64,000 nucleotides of DNA from Thermodesulfobacteriota bacterium (GTDB lineage: Bacteria; Desulfobacterota_D; UBA1144; Nemesobacterales; UBA2774), in NCBI GenBank assembly GCA_963422265.1, contig OY729416.1:1088001-1152000 (forward strand), written 5' to 3'. Shown one piece after another: positions 52,922 to 63,122 of the stretch. Numbering within the stretch: the first letter of the stretch is position 1; every line of letters starts with the position of its first letter. The position numbers were made by a program, and so were the translations under genes. The notes beneath the pieces were generated by a model, which searched no databases, was not told the origin of the DNA, and worked only from the letters and a program-made list of their open reading frames with translations.

Positions 52922-53719
52922 ATGAACAAGATTACCGCACCTAAAATCAGATTTATGAAAAATGACGCTAAAGTAGTCATGGTAACTGCTTACGACGCCA
53001 CCACCGCCAATATAGTAGATGAAGCTGGCGTTGATATAATACTGGTCGGAGATTCTCTAGGGAACGTAATACAAGGCTCCCCACACACGCTTGCAGTTAC
53101 GATGGACGAGATGATTTATCATACCAAAATAGTGTCGAGGGGCATAAAGAACGCTCACTTATGCGCGGATATGCCTTTTATGTCCTTTCAGTTATCGAGA
53201 GAAGAAGCTATAAGAAACGCCGGTAGGCTAGTAAAAGAAGCTGGTGCTGAATCGGTTAAAATCGAAATCGCAAAAGAACAACTGGAGACCCTTAGTGGAA
53301 TCTACAACGTCGGTATTCCGGTTATCGGACATATAGGACTCAGACCCCAAGCGATACACTACATGGGAGGATACAAACTGCAGGGCAGAACAAGGCAGGA
53401 AGCCGATGATTTAATGGCTCTTGCCAGAGAGGTAGAAGAAGCGGGAGCCTTCTCACTTCTTCTTGAGGGCATACCACAAAACCTAGCGACAAAGATCACC
53501 GAAGCGGTTGGAATTCCCACAATTGGTATCAGCGCCGGACCCGGATGCGACGGACAGGTGCTAGTAATAAACGATTTGCTAGGCTTATCAGAGGAACCTT
53601 TACCCAAGTTTGTAAAGAAGTACGCAAATCTTAGGCGTATAATGACTGCATCTACAAAACAATACGCAGAGGAAGTAAGAAACGGCTTATTCCCGTCCGC
53701 TGAGCATTCACATGACTGA
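52922..53719 (+). CDS. panB: 3-methyl-2-oxobutanoate hydroxymethyltransferase
   Basis: MVTAYD, LVGDSLG, ADMPFMS, CDGQVLV. Confidence 0.97.
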   Translation: MNKITAPKIRFMKNDAKVVMVTAYDATTANIVDEAGVDIILVGDSLGNVIQGSPHTLAVTMDEMIYHTKIVSRGIKNAHLCADMPFMSFQLSREEAIRNAGRLVKEAGAESVKIEIAKEQLETLSGIYNVGIPVIGHIGLRPQAIHYMGGYKLQGRTRQEADDLMALAREVEEAGAFSLLLEGIPQNLATKITEAVGIPTIGISAGPGCDGQVLVINDLLGLSEEPLPKFVKKYANLRRIMTASTKQYAEEVRNGLFPSAEHSHD

Positions 53720-54560
53720 AATAAGAATCCTAAACACTACTGAGCAAATGCAGTCTTTCTCCGGCACCCTTAAAAAAGAGGGCAAAAAAATCGCCTTTGT
53801 CCCAACCATGGGAGCCTTGCACGAAGGACATCTTAGCCTTATTAGAGAGGGAAAAAGAAGAGGAGATATTCTTATCGTCAGCATTTTTGTCAACCCCACG
53901 CAATTTGGGCCAAGCGAAGACTATCTAAATTACGCCAGAGATATCAACGAGGATATAAAGAAGCTAAAACTCATAGGTGCAGACGCGGCGTTCGTACCGA
54001 AAGTGGAGACGATCTATCCTGATGGTTTTCAAACCTACGTAGAGGTAGAGAAACTAGAAAAACCCCTGTGCGGTGAGAACCGCCCTGGACACTTTAAGGG
54101 AGTCGCAACAGTAGTGCTCAAGCTGTTTAACATAGTAAAGCCTGACATAGCAATATTTGGCAGGAAGGATTACCAGCAGCTTAAAATAATTGAGAGGATG
54201 GTCAAGGATCTCAACCTAGAAGTAGAAGTGCTGGGAATGCCAATTGTCCGGGAGCAAAGTGGACTTGCTCTAAGCTCAAGAAATGGTTACCTGACCCCTG
54301 AAGACAAGGAGCGGGCTGCCGTGCTATACAAAGCGCTTGTGGAGATAAAAAACAAATTTGACTCTGGAGTAAGAATAGTCGACGATCTGATAGGATCAGG
54401 ACAATTGGTATTAAAACAAGCAAATCTAACTAATGTAGATTACCTAGAAATAAAAAATGGCGAGACTTTGACCATCAAGGACACGGCTGAGTCCGGAGAC
54501 ATCGTAGCGGTAGCGGCAAAAATAGGCAAGTCAAGACTTATTGATAATACTATGCTTTAG
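53712..54560 (+). CDS. panC: Pantoate-beta-alanine ligase
   Basis: VPTMGALHEGH, FVNPTQF, RPGHF, KDYQQ, LSSRN, RLIDN. Confidence 0.97.
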   Translation: MTEIRILNTTEQMQSFSGTLKKEGKKIAFVPTMGALHEGHLSLIREGKRRGDILIVSIFVNPTQFGPSEDYLNYARDINEDIKKLKLIGADAAFVPKVETIYPDGFQTYVEVEKLEKPLCGENRPGHFKGVATVVLKLFNIVKPDIAIFGRKDYQQLKIIERMVKDLNLEVEVLGMPIVREQSGLALSSRNGYLTPEDKERAAVLYKALVEIKNKFDSGVRIVDDLIGSGQLVLKQANLTNVDYLEIKNGETLTIKDTAESGDIVAVAAKIGKSRLIDNTML

Positions 54561-54591
54561 TATATATAATTGGTTAGGGAGGTAGGAATAT

Positions 54592-54981
54592 ATGAATAGG
54601 ACGCTTCTTAAATCTAAAATACATAGGGCAACCGTTACGGAGGCGGATCTGGAGTATGAAGGAAGCCTTACCCTAGACAGAAACCTAATGGATGCAGCGG
54701 ATTTACTCCCTCACGAGCAAGTGCATATTTTCAACATAACGAACGGGTATAGATTCTCAACCTACGTGATAGAGGGTAAAAGGGAATCTAACGTCGTGTG
54801 CGTTAACGGAGCCGCCGCCCACCTCGCAAGAGAAGGAGACTGCCTTATTATCGCAAATTTCGCTTCTTATAACGAAGACGAAGCGAAAACCCACGTCCCC
54901 AAACTTGTCTATGTAGATGAGAACAACGAAATTATCAAGATTAAGCCCGAGCAGAACAAGCTAAAGGTGGCTAAGAACTAG
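54592..54981 (+). CDS. panD: Aspartate 1-decarboxylase
   Basis: [19 protein letters not shown]. Confidence 0.97.
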   Translation: MNRTLLKSKIHRATVTEADLEYEGSLTLDRNLMDAADLLPHEQVHIFNITNGYRFSTYVIEGKRESNVVCVNGAAAHLAREGDCLIIANFASYNEDEAKTHVPKLVYVDENNEIIKIKPEQNKLKVAKN

Positions 54982-55004
54982 AAATCAATAATCTTATTAA
55001 TAGG

Positions 55005-55856
55005 ATGAAGATAGAGTCCAAAGTTATTCTCGGAGATTGCTCCGAACAACTAAAACAATTGAAGGACAACTCAGTAGATTTAATCGTAACATCCCCTCCT
55101 TATGCTGACCAAAGAAAACAAACCTATGGGGGAGTTCATCCTAATAAATACATTGATTGGTTTCTCCCTATTTCCGGGGAATTACTAAGGGTTTTAAAGC
55201 CAACGGGAACTTTCATATTAAATATAAAAGAGCGCGTAGCTAATGGCGAACGTCACACCTATGTCTTAAATCTAATTCTAGCAATGAGGGAACAGGGATG
55301 GCTATGGACAGAGGAATTTATATGGTGTAAAAAGAATTCCTACCCGGGCAAATGGCCCAACCGCTTTCGGGATTCTTGGGAGCGACTTCTCCAATTCAAC
55401 AAAGACAAGAAATTCAAGATGTTTCAAGAGTCGGTAATGGTTCCTATGGGAGATTGGGCAAAAGGAAGGCTGAAAAATTTAAGCGCCGCTGACAAAGTAA
55501 GAGATGAATCAAAGGCGGGTAGCGGTTTCGGCAAAAAAGTGTCGAACTGGATCGGAAGAGATAAGGCATATCCAACCAACGTTCTACACATGGCTACTGA
55601 ATGCAGCAATAAAAATCACAGTGCGGTTTTTCCTATATACTTACCAGAGTGGTTTATTAAACTATTTACAGGAGAAGGTGATTGGGTGTTAGACCCTTTC
55701 ATGGGTTCTGGAGCAACGCTGAAGGCAGCTCAAAAGTTAAGAAGGAATTCTATAGGTATAGAAATTCAAGCTCGGTATCACGAGATGGTCGAGCAAGAAA
55801 TGAAACAAAACGAGTATTATCTTCTTGATAAAAGACAAAAATATGGAACAAGTTAA
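55005..55856 (+). CDS. Site-specific DNA methyltransferase (beta class, probably N4-C)
   Basis: VTSPPY, HSAVFP, LDPFMGSG. Confidence 0.92.
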   Translation: MKIESKVILGDCSEQLKQLKDNSVDLIVTSPPYADQRKQTYGGVHPNKYIDWFLPISGELLRVLKPTGTFILNIKERVANGERHTYVLNLILAMREQGWLWTEEFIWCKKNSYPGKWPNRFRDSWERLLQFNKDKKFKMFQESVMVPMGDWAKGRLKNLSAADKVRDESKAGSGFGKKVSNWIGRDKAYPTNVLHMATECSNKNHSAVFPIYLPEWFIKLFTGEGDWVLDPFMGSGATLKAAQKLRRNSIGIEIQARYHEMVEQEMKQNEYYLLDKRQKYGTS

Positions 55857-56571
55857 TATTCAAGAAGTTGTAGAATATGTTGAAAGCAACATAGGAAGTT
55901 TTCATGCAAAAAGGATAGAGAATCTTGAAAAACTCAAACTCAGCGGAATTTTAAGAAGGAAAAACCCTTATCTATTTAAGGCTAAAAACATATTAACAGC
56001 TCATGATCTAGTTAAAACTATACTAGATGCTCATTTATCCTCCCAAGAGGAGACCATATTTGGAGATTTTCTGGAAGGGTTAGCAATATTCATCAACAAA
56101 AAAGTCTATGGTGGGGTTAAATCATCTGCGGAGGGCATCGATCTAGAGTTTGAAAAAGGTGGAAAGAGATTTATAGTCGCAATTAAGTCTGGGCCTAATT
56201 GGGGTAACAGCAGCCAAATAAAAAGAATGAAAGAAAACTTTAGAAAAGCAAAGCGTATATTACGCACTAGCGGTTCTAGGCTAGAAATTATACCAGTTAA
56301 TGGCTGCTGTTATGGATACGAAAACAAAACTGACAAAGGAGAGTATTTTAAGTACTGCGGACAAACATTCTGGGAGTTCATATCCGATGATGAATTTCTC
56401 TATACAAAGATAATAAAACCACTTGGGTATAAAGCCAAAGAGAAGAACGACACTTTTATACAATCTTATTCTCAGATAACAAACAAGTTTACATTAGAGT
56501 TCGGTCAGCGGTTTTGTAATAAAGGAATCATTGACTGGGATTCGCTACTGCGATTTAATTCTTCTAACTAG
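55843..56571 (+). CDS. PmeII-like Type II restriction endonuclease
   Basis: RKNPYLF, SQEETIFGDFLE, GIDLEF..AIKSGPNWGNSSQ; overlaps the MTase end. Confidence 0.75.
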   Translation: MEQVNIQEVVEYVESNIGSFHAKRIENLEKLKLSGILRRKNPYLFKAKNILTAHDLVKTILDAHLSSQEETIFGDFLEGLAIFINKKVYGGVKSSAEGIDLEFEKGGKRFIVAIKSGPNWGNSSQIKRMKENFRKAKRILRTSGSRLEIIPVNGCCYGYENKTDKGEYFKYCGQTFWEFISDDEFLYTKIIKPLGYKAKEKNDTFIQSYSQITNKFTLEFGQRFCNKGIIDWDSLLRFNSSN

Positions 56572-56744
56572 CCGGAAAGGTTAGCTCTACCGACAGAAAC
56601 GAAACCACCAAGTTATTAGATATCAACTTTCATCAAACCAGAAATCAGGGTGCTATTTCTCAATTCCAACTATAACCCTAGAACCTTGCATAAACTATGC
56701 GTGATTCGGTATTATTTCGCATAGCTTAAGAACTTATTTGAATT

Positions 56745-58359
56745 ATGAATACGTTGTTCGATAGTCAGGAAGATGAATTGCTGAGTCTCAAGGGAGCGAG
56801 TGTTTGGGCTGGTAGGTACATACGAAAAAATGTCACAGAATCCAATATCTCATATTTAATTCAATACGGATTGATTAGCAAATTGCGCAATAACGGCGCA
56901 GTTTACGTAAAGAAAAGCGAGCTAAAAAGTATTATGACTCCTATTACGAAAAAAGGGAGAGCAACTGGCGGAATAAACTAGGCGATGATCTCAACTGGCA
57001 CTTATCTTTTGACTACTTAAAGGAAGCCGATACTATTAAGCACGTTCACAGACTCCACCCATATAAAGGCAAGTTCATTCCTCAGTTAGTCGAATATTTT
57101 CTTGATGGTCACGTAGATGAATTCAAAAGAGAGACTTATTTTCGCAAAGATGATATAATTCTTGATCCTTTTTGTGGTAGTGGAACCACTTTAGTGCAAG
57201 CTAATGAGCTAGGCATGCACGGCGTGGGGGTTGATATCTCCGAGTTTAACTCCATGATCGCGCATGCTAAGGTTGCCCATGTCAACCTATTAAAACTTAA
57301 CGAATCTATCAAAAGTATAACCTACTCTTTACAAAAGTTTCTTTATGATTCTAAAACTACGTCTTTTGAAGATAACCTTTTGGAAGAACTTAAAAGATTC
57401 AATTCTGAATACTTCCCCAACCCTGAATTTAAGCTTTGGGTTAAGAATAAAAGAGTAAACGAGAAAAAATACGCAGAGGAGAAGGAAAAAGAATTTCTAC
57501 CTATATATAATAAGCTAATTGATGAATTTAGAATAGACATAAAACAAGAGAAACAAGATAACTTTATTGATAAATGGTATTTCAACTCAGCAAAGGAAGA
57601 AATTGATCTTGTATTCAATAAGATTAAAAAGATAAAAGACGTAAATATGCAAGATTATACTTGCCGTCATTCTAAGCAGAACAATTCGCTCATGTAGAGC
57701 AACCACTCATGCAGATTTAGCAACGCTGAAAGAGCCTGTCCTATCAACCTATTATTGCCATAAACACGGAAAAATCTGTAAACCCCTTTTCAGTATAGCC
57801 AAGTGGTGGAAAACGTATTGCAAAGATACAGTGAAGAGACTTGACGTATTTAATAAACTACGCACAAACTCTTATCAGTACTGTCTAAGTGGTGACTCTA
57901 GAGCTATTGATATACTTGCTGAAATTAGAAAAAAGAATTCACAATTTTATGATCTCATAAAAAATAAAAAAATCCGAGGCGTCTTCTCCAGCCCTCCATA
58001 CGTTGGGATGATTGATTATCACGAGCAACACGCATACTCCTACGACCTATTCGGTTTTAATAGAAGAGATGAGTCCGAGATAGGACCTTTAAGTAAAGGT
58101 CAAGGTAAAGAGGCGAGAGAATCTTATACCAAAGGAATAGCCGACGTATTAAATAGACGTATTAAATAATTGTAGAGAATATATGGTCAATGATTATGAC
58201 GTATTTCTCGTTGCGAACGATAAATACAATTTATATCCCGATATAGCGTCGCAAGCTAGCATGAAGATCGTCAACAGATTCAAAAGGCCCGTCTTAAATA
58301 GAACTGAAAGAGACAAAAGCGCCTATTCAGAGATAATTTTTCACCTAAAATCAGAATAA
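56745..58359 (+). pseudogene. DNA methyltransferase with N-terminal HTH-like region, three frameshifts
   Basis: KHVHRLHPYKGKFIPQLV, LDPFCGSGTT, SSPPY, RPVLNRTE. Breaks near 56925 (A-run), near 57650 and at a 13-bp duplication 58143-58168. Confidence 0.88.
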
Positions 58360-58364
58360 CCGCA

Positions 58365-59144
58365 ATGGCTATTAGCAAAAAACAAAGGTTTGATATTGAA
58401 GAAACGATAAAGAACTGCCTGCGAGATAAATTCAGAAGTTATAACCCTGAAACTAGCAATATGCCGTTTCACTTCCGTCTGCTCGGAAAAGACAGAATGG
58501 CTCTATATTCTTTTATACACTCTCTAAACACAAGATTCGGGACATCCATCTTTGAGCCAGTCGCCACAGCTCTTGCGAAAGAAAAATTTAAGAGTGCGAA
58601 GAGGAGCCAGGCTGGTGTTGGAGACAAGATTAGTGAAGAAGTGCACAAAACTATACAGTCGATTATGAATGAACTAGCAACCGGAGAGCGGAATCCGGAC
58701 AAAGAAAAGGAAACTAGCCTTATTAGAGAAGTCTGCCGCTCGGGCAAGATGAAGAAAGTTAGGCTAACAAAGGCTGACTTATGTATTCAGGACTATGCGG
58801 GAACTATTTATATGTTTGATATTAAAACGGCTAAGCCGAATGTTGGAAACTTCAAAGAATTCAAAAGAACCTTATTAGAATGGGTTGCTGTTATTTTAGC
58901 AAAGAATCCTGACGCGGACGTCAAAAGCGCAATTGCAATACCTTACAATCCCTATGAGCCCAAACCTTATGAACGGTGGACTCTGCGAGGGATGTTGGAT
59001 TTAGAGCAAGAATTGTTCGTTGCAGACGAGTTTTGGGATTTTCTTGCAGGGAATGATGGCTATGAAGACTTGCTAAATTGTTTTGAGAGAGCTGGGATAG
59101 AATTGAGGACAGAGATTGACGCGTATTTTGGCAGCTTTACATAA
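58365..59144 (+). CDS. TdeIII/MjaII family Type II restriction endonuclease
   Basis: MPFHFRLLGKDRMALYSFIHSLNT.FGTSIFE, ADL..FDIKTAKPN, IPYNPYEP, EFWDFL. Confidence 0.82.
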   Translation: MAISKKQRFDIEETIKNCLRDKFRSYNPETSNMPFHFRLLGKDRMALYSFIHSLNTRFGTSIFEPVATALAKEKFKSAKRSQAGVGDKISEEVHKTIQSIMNELATGERNPDKEKETSLIREVCRSGKMKKVRLTKADLCIQDYAGTIYMFDIKTAKPNVGNFKEFKRTLLEWVAVILAKNPDADVKSAIAIPYNPYEPKPYERWTLRGMLDLEQELFVADEFWDFLAGNDGYEDLLNCFERAGIELRTEIDAYFGSFT

Positions 59145-59240
59145 AGCACCAACACTAAAGCTGAAGCAAGAAATATCATTCCGCTTAATTCCATATTAAT
59201 TTATTGACAGCTCAGTTAATTTGTGATAAAAAAGTAGCCG

Positions 59241-61142
59241 ATGCTATACAGGTATCTATTGCTTTCGGCTCTCGTATTAGCTGGATGCAGTGCAAAGAAT
59301 TACCAATCAACGAGTACTCTGTCGGACTATTCCGGAAACGAAGAGAGTGCCATTGCTTCTCCCGAGCCAGAAATTGTTGGTGAGTCGGCTGACGAGCAAC
59401 CAGAGGTAAGCGAGCAATCGAAGGAAGGGGCAGACGCGAAACTTACTCAGCCTCAGGAAGTCTTAGAGCAGTTTCCCGAAGTCGACCCCGAGACTGAAAA
59501 GATAATCCCTTTAGTCTTTAACCATAAAGTAAATCACTACATAAAATACTTTCAAACCAGGGGACGCAAGTCGTTCAGTCTATGGCTTGAGCGATCGGGG
59601 AAGTATATACCCCCTATGAAGGAAATACTTAAAGAGCATGGTTTGCCAACCGATCTTGTCTATATGTCTATGATAGAAAGTGGGTTTAACGTAAAGGCTA
59701 GATCTCATAAAGCCGCGGTAGGTCCCTGGCAGTTTATCAAGCCGACGGCAAAGCGTTATGGATTAAGAATGAACGCCTGGGTAGATGAAAGGATGGATCC
59801 AAGAAGATCCACCGTCGCCGCCGCAAACTATATGAGCGACCTATACGCGATGTTTCAATCTTGGGAACTCGCCGCCGCGAGTTATAACTGTGGTGAAGAT
59901 AGAGTGCAGAACGCAATAGACAAATACCAGACAAATGATTTTTGGCAAATTTCAGAATTAACGCTCCCAAGGGAGACAAGAAACTACGTTCCCAAATTTA
60001 TGGCGGCTCTGATTATTTCCAAAAATCCGTCTAAATACGGATTTGCGGAAGTCAGATATCACGAGTACGAGCCTTATGAAGTCGCTCTTGTAGCACCGCG
60101 AAAGAGCCTCAAAGACATAGCAAAGATAATAGGAATTAGCCCCAAAGCACTCATAGGATTAAATCCGGCTCTGCGGCATAAGGCGACGCCCCCAGGCTCC
60201 CGATATGAAATTAACGTGCCCTTAGGATACAAAACCATCATCGCCCAAAATAGTCAGGCGATATCGGGACTCAGAAACGTTAGCCTTCTAAGAGCTAAAG
60301 GATTCGGTTCTTCACAGCATAGGGTGAGAAGGGGAGACTCGCTGACCAAATTGTCTAAGAGATACAAGGTAAGCGTACCCGAGATAAAAATGGTGAACAG
60401 GCTAAAAGACTCGACTATAAGGATTGGACAGTCGTTGAAAATACCGGGCAGATACGGCGATGCGATGAAATATAGGGTCAGGCTTGGCGATACCCTAGGA
60501 CACGTTGCTCGTAGGCACGGGGTTAGTGTTAAGTCCATAAAAAAGGCGAATGGTATCAGAGGATCGTTGATAAGGGAGGGACAAATTCTCGCTATCCCCA
60601 CGGTTTCGGGCATTCATTACAATTATAAGAAGCGCCCTGCACTAACAATTACTAAAGCCACTAAATATGAGGTTAGACCCGGAGACACGCTCGGTGCTAT
60701 ATCGGCTAGGTTAAACGTGAGCGTCGCGGCGCTAAAGGCAGCAAACGGAATAAACGGGACTTTCATAAAGGCGGGGCAAACGCTCAATATCCCACCAACA
60801 ACTATGGGAAGAGCAAAGCACGCAAAGACCAACGCCGCTGAGGCGGAAACGAAAGCGAAAAAATATACGGTTAAGACCGGAGATACTTTAGGGGTTATCG
60901 CTCAAGAGCACGGGGTAAAGCTTATAGCCTTAAAAAGCGCGAATGATCTCACGGGTTCTATGATTCAAACAGGACAAACCCTTACGATACCCAACGGCGT
61001 AATCGACTATCGTGTGAGGAGAGGCGACTCACTATGGGAGATAGCTAATCAACACAGCGTATCGGTAGATAAGATTAAGAGATGGAACAATCTAAGGTCT
61101 GACAACCTCTTTCCAGGAGAAAAACTGATAATTTACCAGTAG
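59241..61142 (+). CDS. mltD: Lytic murein transglycosylase (MltD-like) lipoprotein with five LysM domains
   Basis: LAGC lipobox, IESG, GPWQF, SYNCG, ETRNYVPK, repeated VxxGDTL/GDSL. Confidence 0.88.
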   Translation: MLYRYLLLSALVLAGCSAKNYQSTSTLSDYSGNEESAIASPEPEIVGESADEQPEVSEQSKEGADAKLTQPQEVLEQFPEVDPETEKIIPLVFNHKVNHYIKYFQTRGRKSFSLWLERSGKYIPPMKEILKEHGLPTDLVYMSMIESGFNVKARSHKAAVGPWQFIKPTAKRYGLRMNAWVDERMDPRRSTVAAANYMSDLYAMFQSWELAAASYNCGEDRVQNAIDKYQTNDFWQISELTLPRETRNYVPKFMAALIISKNPSKYGFAEVRYHEYEPYEVALVAPRKSLKDIAKIIGISPKALIGLNPALRHKATPPGSRYEINVPLGYKTIIAQNSQAISGLRNVSLLRAKGFGSSQHRVRRGDSLTKLSKRYKVSVPEIKMVNRLKDSTIRIGQSLKIPGRYGDAMKYRVRLGDTLGHVARRHGVSVKSIKKANGIRGSLIREGQILAIPTVSGIHYNYKKRPALTITKATKYEVRPGDTLGAISARLNVSVAALKAANGINGTFIKAGQTLNIPPTTMGRAKHAKTNAAEAETKAKKYTVKTGDTLGVIAQEHGVKLIALKSANDLTGSMIQTGQTLTIPNGVIDYRVRRGDSLWEIANQHSVSVDKIKRWNNLRSDNLFPGEKLIIYQ

Positions 61143-61185
61143 GCGCATATAAAAGACGAGCGAGACCCTCCTTTTGGAGTAAATC

Positions 61186-61219
61186 CACAGACATGTCCCC
61201 GCCTCTCTGAGCAGGAATC
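61186..61219 (+). repeat. REP-like element, degenerate copy C
   Basis: CACAGACATGTCCCC is identical to 42383-42397. Confidence 0.5.
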
Positions 61220-61274
61220 AAACCAGATGAAAAACTGATCCTGACATAGCTCTGATCAGGACAAGCAGATTCAA

Positions 61275-61961
61275 ATGACGGGCGCAAACAATCGTGTAAA
61301 AAAGACACTATATGAAAAAAAACACTACGCTGATTTAGCGTCTTCTTACTCCAAGAATAAAACCCTTATCAAAATCCGCCTGAAAGAATTCAAAGACATA
61401 TATAAACAAGGAGATGACCAAAGATTATTTGAGGAACTCTGCTTCTGTATATGCACGGCTGGCGCTAGTGCTAAGATGGGAATTAGATCAATAGACGCTA
61501 TAAGAGACGTCCTGCATGACGGTAGCCTAAAGCAATTACAGAAGCGTTTAAGAGGCGTTCACAGATTTCCAAACAAGAGACCGACCTACATAGTTCATAC
61601 AAGGGAGTATTTGAAAAAAGAGCACGGGTTTAAGATCAAGGATTTAATAAAGTCGTTTAAGAACCCGATGGAGAGAAGGGATTTCCTCGCCAAGAACAAG
61701 AACGTTAAAGGAATAGGATACAAAGAATCCAGCCATTTTCTGCGTAATATCGGCTTTACTGGCTACGGAATCCTTGATAAGCACATTCTCAACACGCTTT
61801 ATGAGCGCGATATAATAGAAAGTCCCAAACCGCCTTCAACAAGGAATAGATATATAGTGATAGAAAACAAGTTAAAGCAGTTTGCCGAGGATATGAACGT
61901 CTCGATGGATGAACTTGATCTTCTGCTGTGGAGAGAAAAGACCGGAGTGATTTTGAAATGA
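61275..61961 (+). CDS. ogg: 8-oxoguanine DNA glycosylase/AP lyase (OGG2 type)
   Basis: FEELCFCICTA, HRFPN, VKGIGYKESSHFLRNIG, ILDKH, C-terminal Lys. Confidence 0.88.
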   Translation: MTGANNRVKKTLYEKKHYADLASSYSKNKTLIKIRLKEFKDIYKQGDDQRLFEELCFCICTAGASAKMGIRSIDAIRDVLHDGSLKQLQKRLRGVHRFPNKRPTYIVHTREYLKKEHGFKIKDLIKSFKNPMERRDFLAKNKNVKGIGYKESSHFLRNIGFTGYGILDKHILNTLYERDIIESPKPPSTRNRYIVIENKLKQFAEDMNVSMDELDLLLWREKTGVILK

Positions 61962-61971
61962 ATAGGAATTA

Positions 61972-62286
61972 TTATAAACCGTCTGACCTGTTCAGTTTAT
62001 CAGCAGTCTTCTTTGCATCTATCATTGAAAAGATCACAAGCGCTAAGCCCGCAAGCGTATAAGCGAGCACAATCAAAGTGGTTGGCTCATCAGCAAAAGG
62101 GTCTCCTTCCAATTCCATCAGGCGTGACAGTGGCTCCCGTATCAACAGGCTTATCACAAAATTAAGACCTATAAGAACTAGCCCTTTCACTAGCTGGTTA
62201 TTATATATCTGCCCTAGTCCGGGCAATAAGCCTGATAAAACGAGGGCTATTATTGGGCTTTTTCTCTTCTTCTTTTTATCTTTCAT
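61972..62286 (-). CDS. Small membrane protein
   Basis: KSPIIALVLSGLLPGLGQIYN motif; coupled to trpC. Confidence 0.75.
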   Translation of the reverse strand: MKDKKKKRKSPIIALVLSGLLPGLGQIYNNQLVKGLVLIGLNFVISLLIREPLSRLMELEGDPFADEPTTLIVLAYTLAGLALVIFSMIDAKKTADKLNRSDGL

Positions 62287-63086
62287 GGCTCTACTAAGGT
62301 AGAGGAACGCAAGAGGTTCTTCAACTCCTCCGAGGGGTCACACGCCTTCATAAGAGTCTCTCCTATCAAGAAGACGTGGATGCCGACTTCTCTTAATTTC
62401 CTTATGTCATTGTAGGCCTTTACACCACTTTCCGCAATTACAATCTTTTCCTTGGGAATCCTCTTAGAAAGTCGGACGGAAATGTCTAAGTCAACGTCAA
62501 AAGTCTTTAGGTTTCTATTGTTGATACCGATTATTCTGCTTCCGGCTCCAAGAGCCACATCCACCTCTCTCTCGTCGTGAACCTCAACTATGGCGTTCAT
62601 ACCGAGAGAATGGGTAAGATTTAGAAAATCTCTAAGGTTAGCCTCGCTCAAAGCCGATACTATTAACAATAGTGCGTCCGCCCCGTGTAATCTGGATTCG
62701 TAAATCTGATAGGCGTCGAGAATAAAATCCTTTCTCAGTAAAGGTATAGCTACCTCCTGCTGAATCTGACGCAGATAATCGAGTTTGCCCTTAAAGAATT
62801 GGTTATCCGTAAGAATAGATAGGGCTGCTGCGCCTCCGCAAGCGTAGCCCTTTGCAATTTGAACCGGGTTGAAATCCTGCCATCTAAAAACGCCCTTTGA
62901 GGGAGACGCCCTCTTAATCTCAGCGATTATATGGAGATTACCGTTAGGATTGATAGCATTATAAAAATCCCTTGGAGGCAGCGCACTTTTGAGCTTTTGA
63001 ATTATTGACTCTATAGGAAGGGAATTCTTAGATGCTTGGACTTCAGCGAGCTTGTTGTCAATAATTTTATCAAGAATGGTGTTCAT
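62283..63086 (-). CDS. trpC: Indole-3-glycerol phosphate synthase
   Basis: IAEIKRASPSKG, LRKDF, GINNRNL, AESG, IGETLM. Confidence 0.97.
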   Translation of the reverse strand: MNTILDKIIDNKLAEVQASKNSLPIESIIQKLKSALPPRDFYNAINPNGNLHIIAEIKRASPSKGVFRWQDFNPVQIAKGYACGGAAALSILTDNQFFKGKLDYLRQIQQEVAIPLLRKDFILDAYQIYESRLHGADALLLIVSALSEANLRDFLNLTHSLGMNAIVEVHDEREVDVALGAGSRIIGINNRNLKTFDVDLDISVRLSKRIPKEKIVIAESGVKAYNDIRKLREVGIHVFLIGETLMKACDPSEELKNLLRSSTLVEP

Positions 63087-63122
63087 TGGATAACTTAGAT
63101 TAAGGACAGGTGCTCTCCCCGT

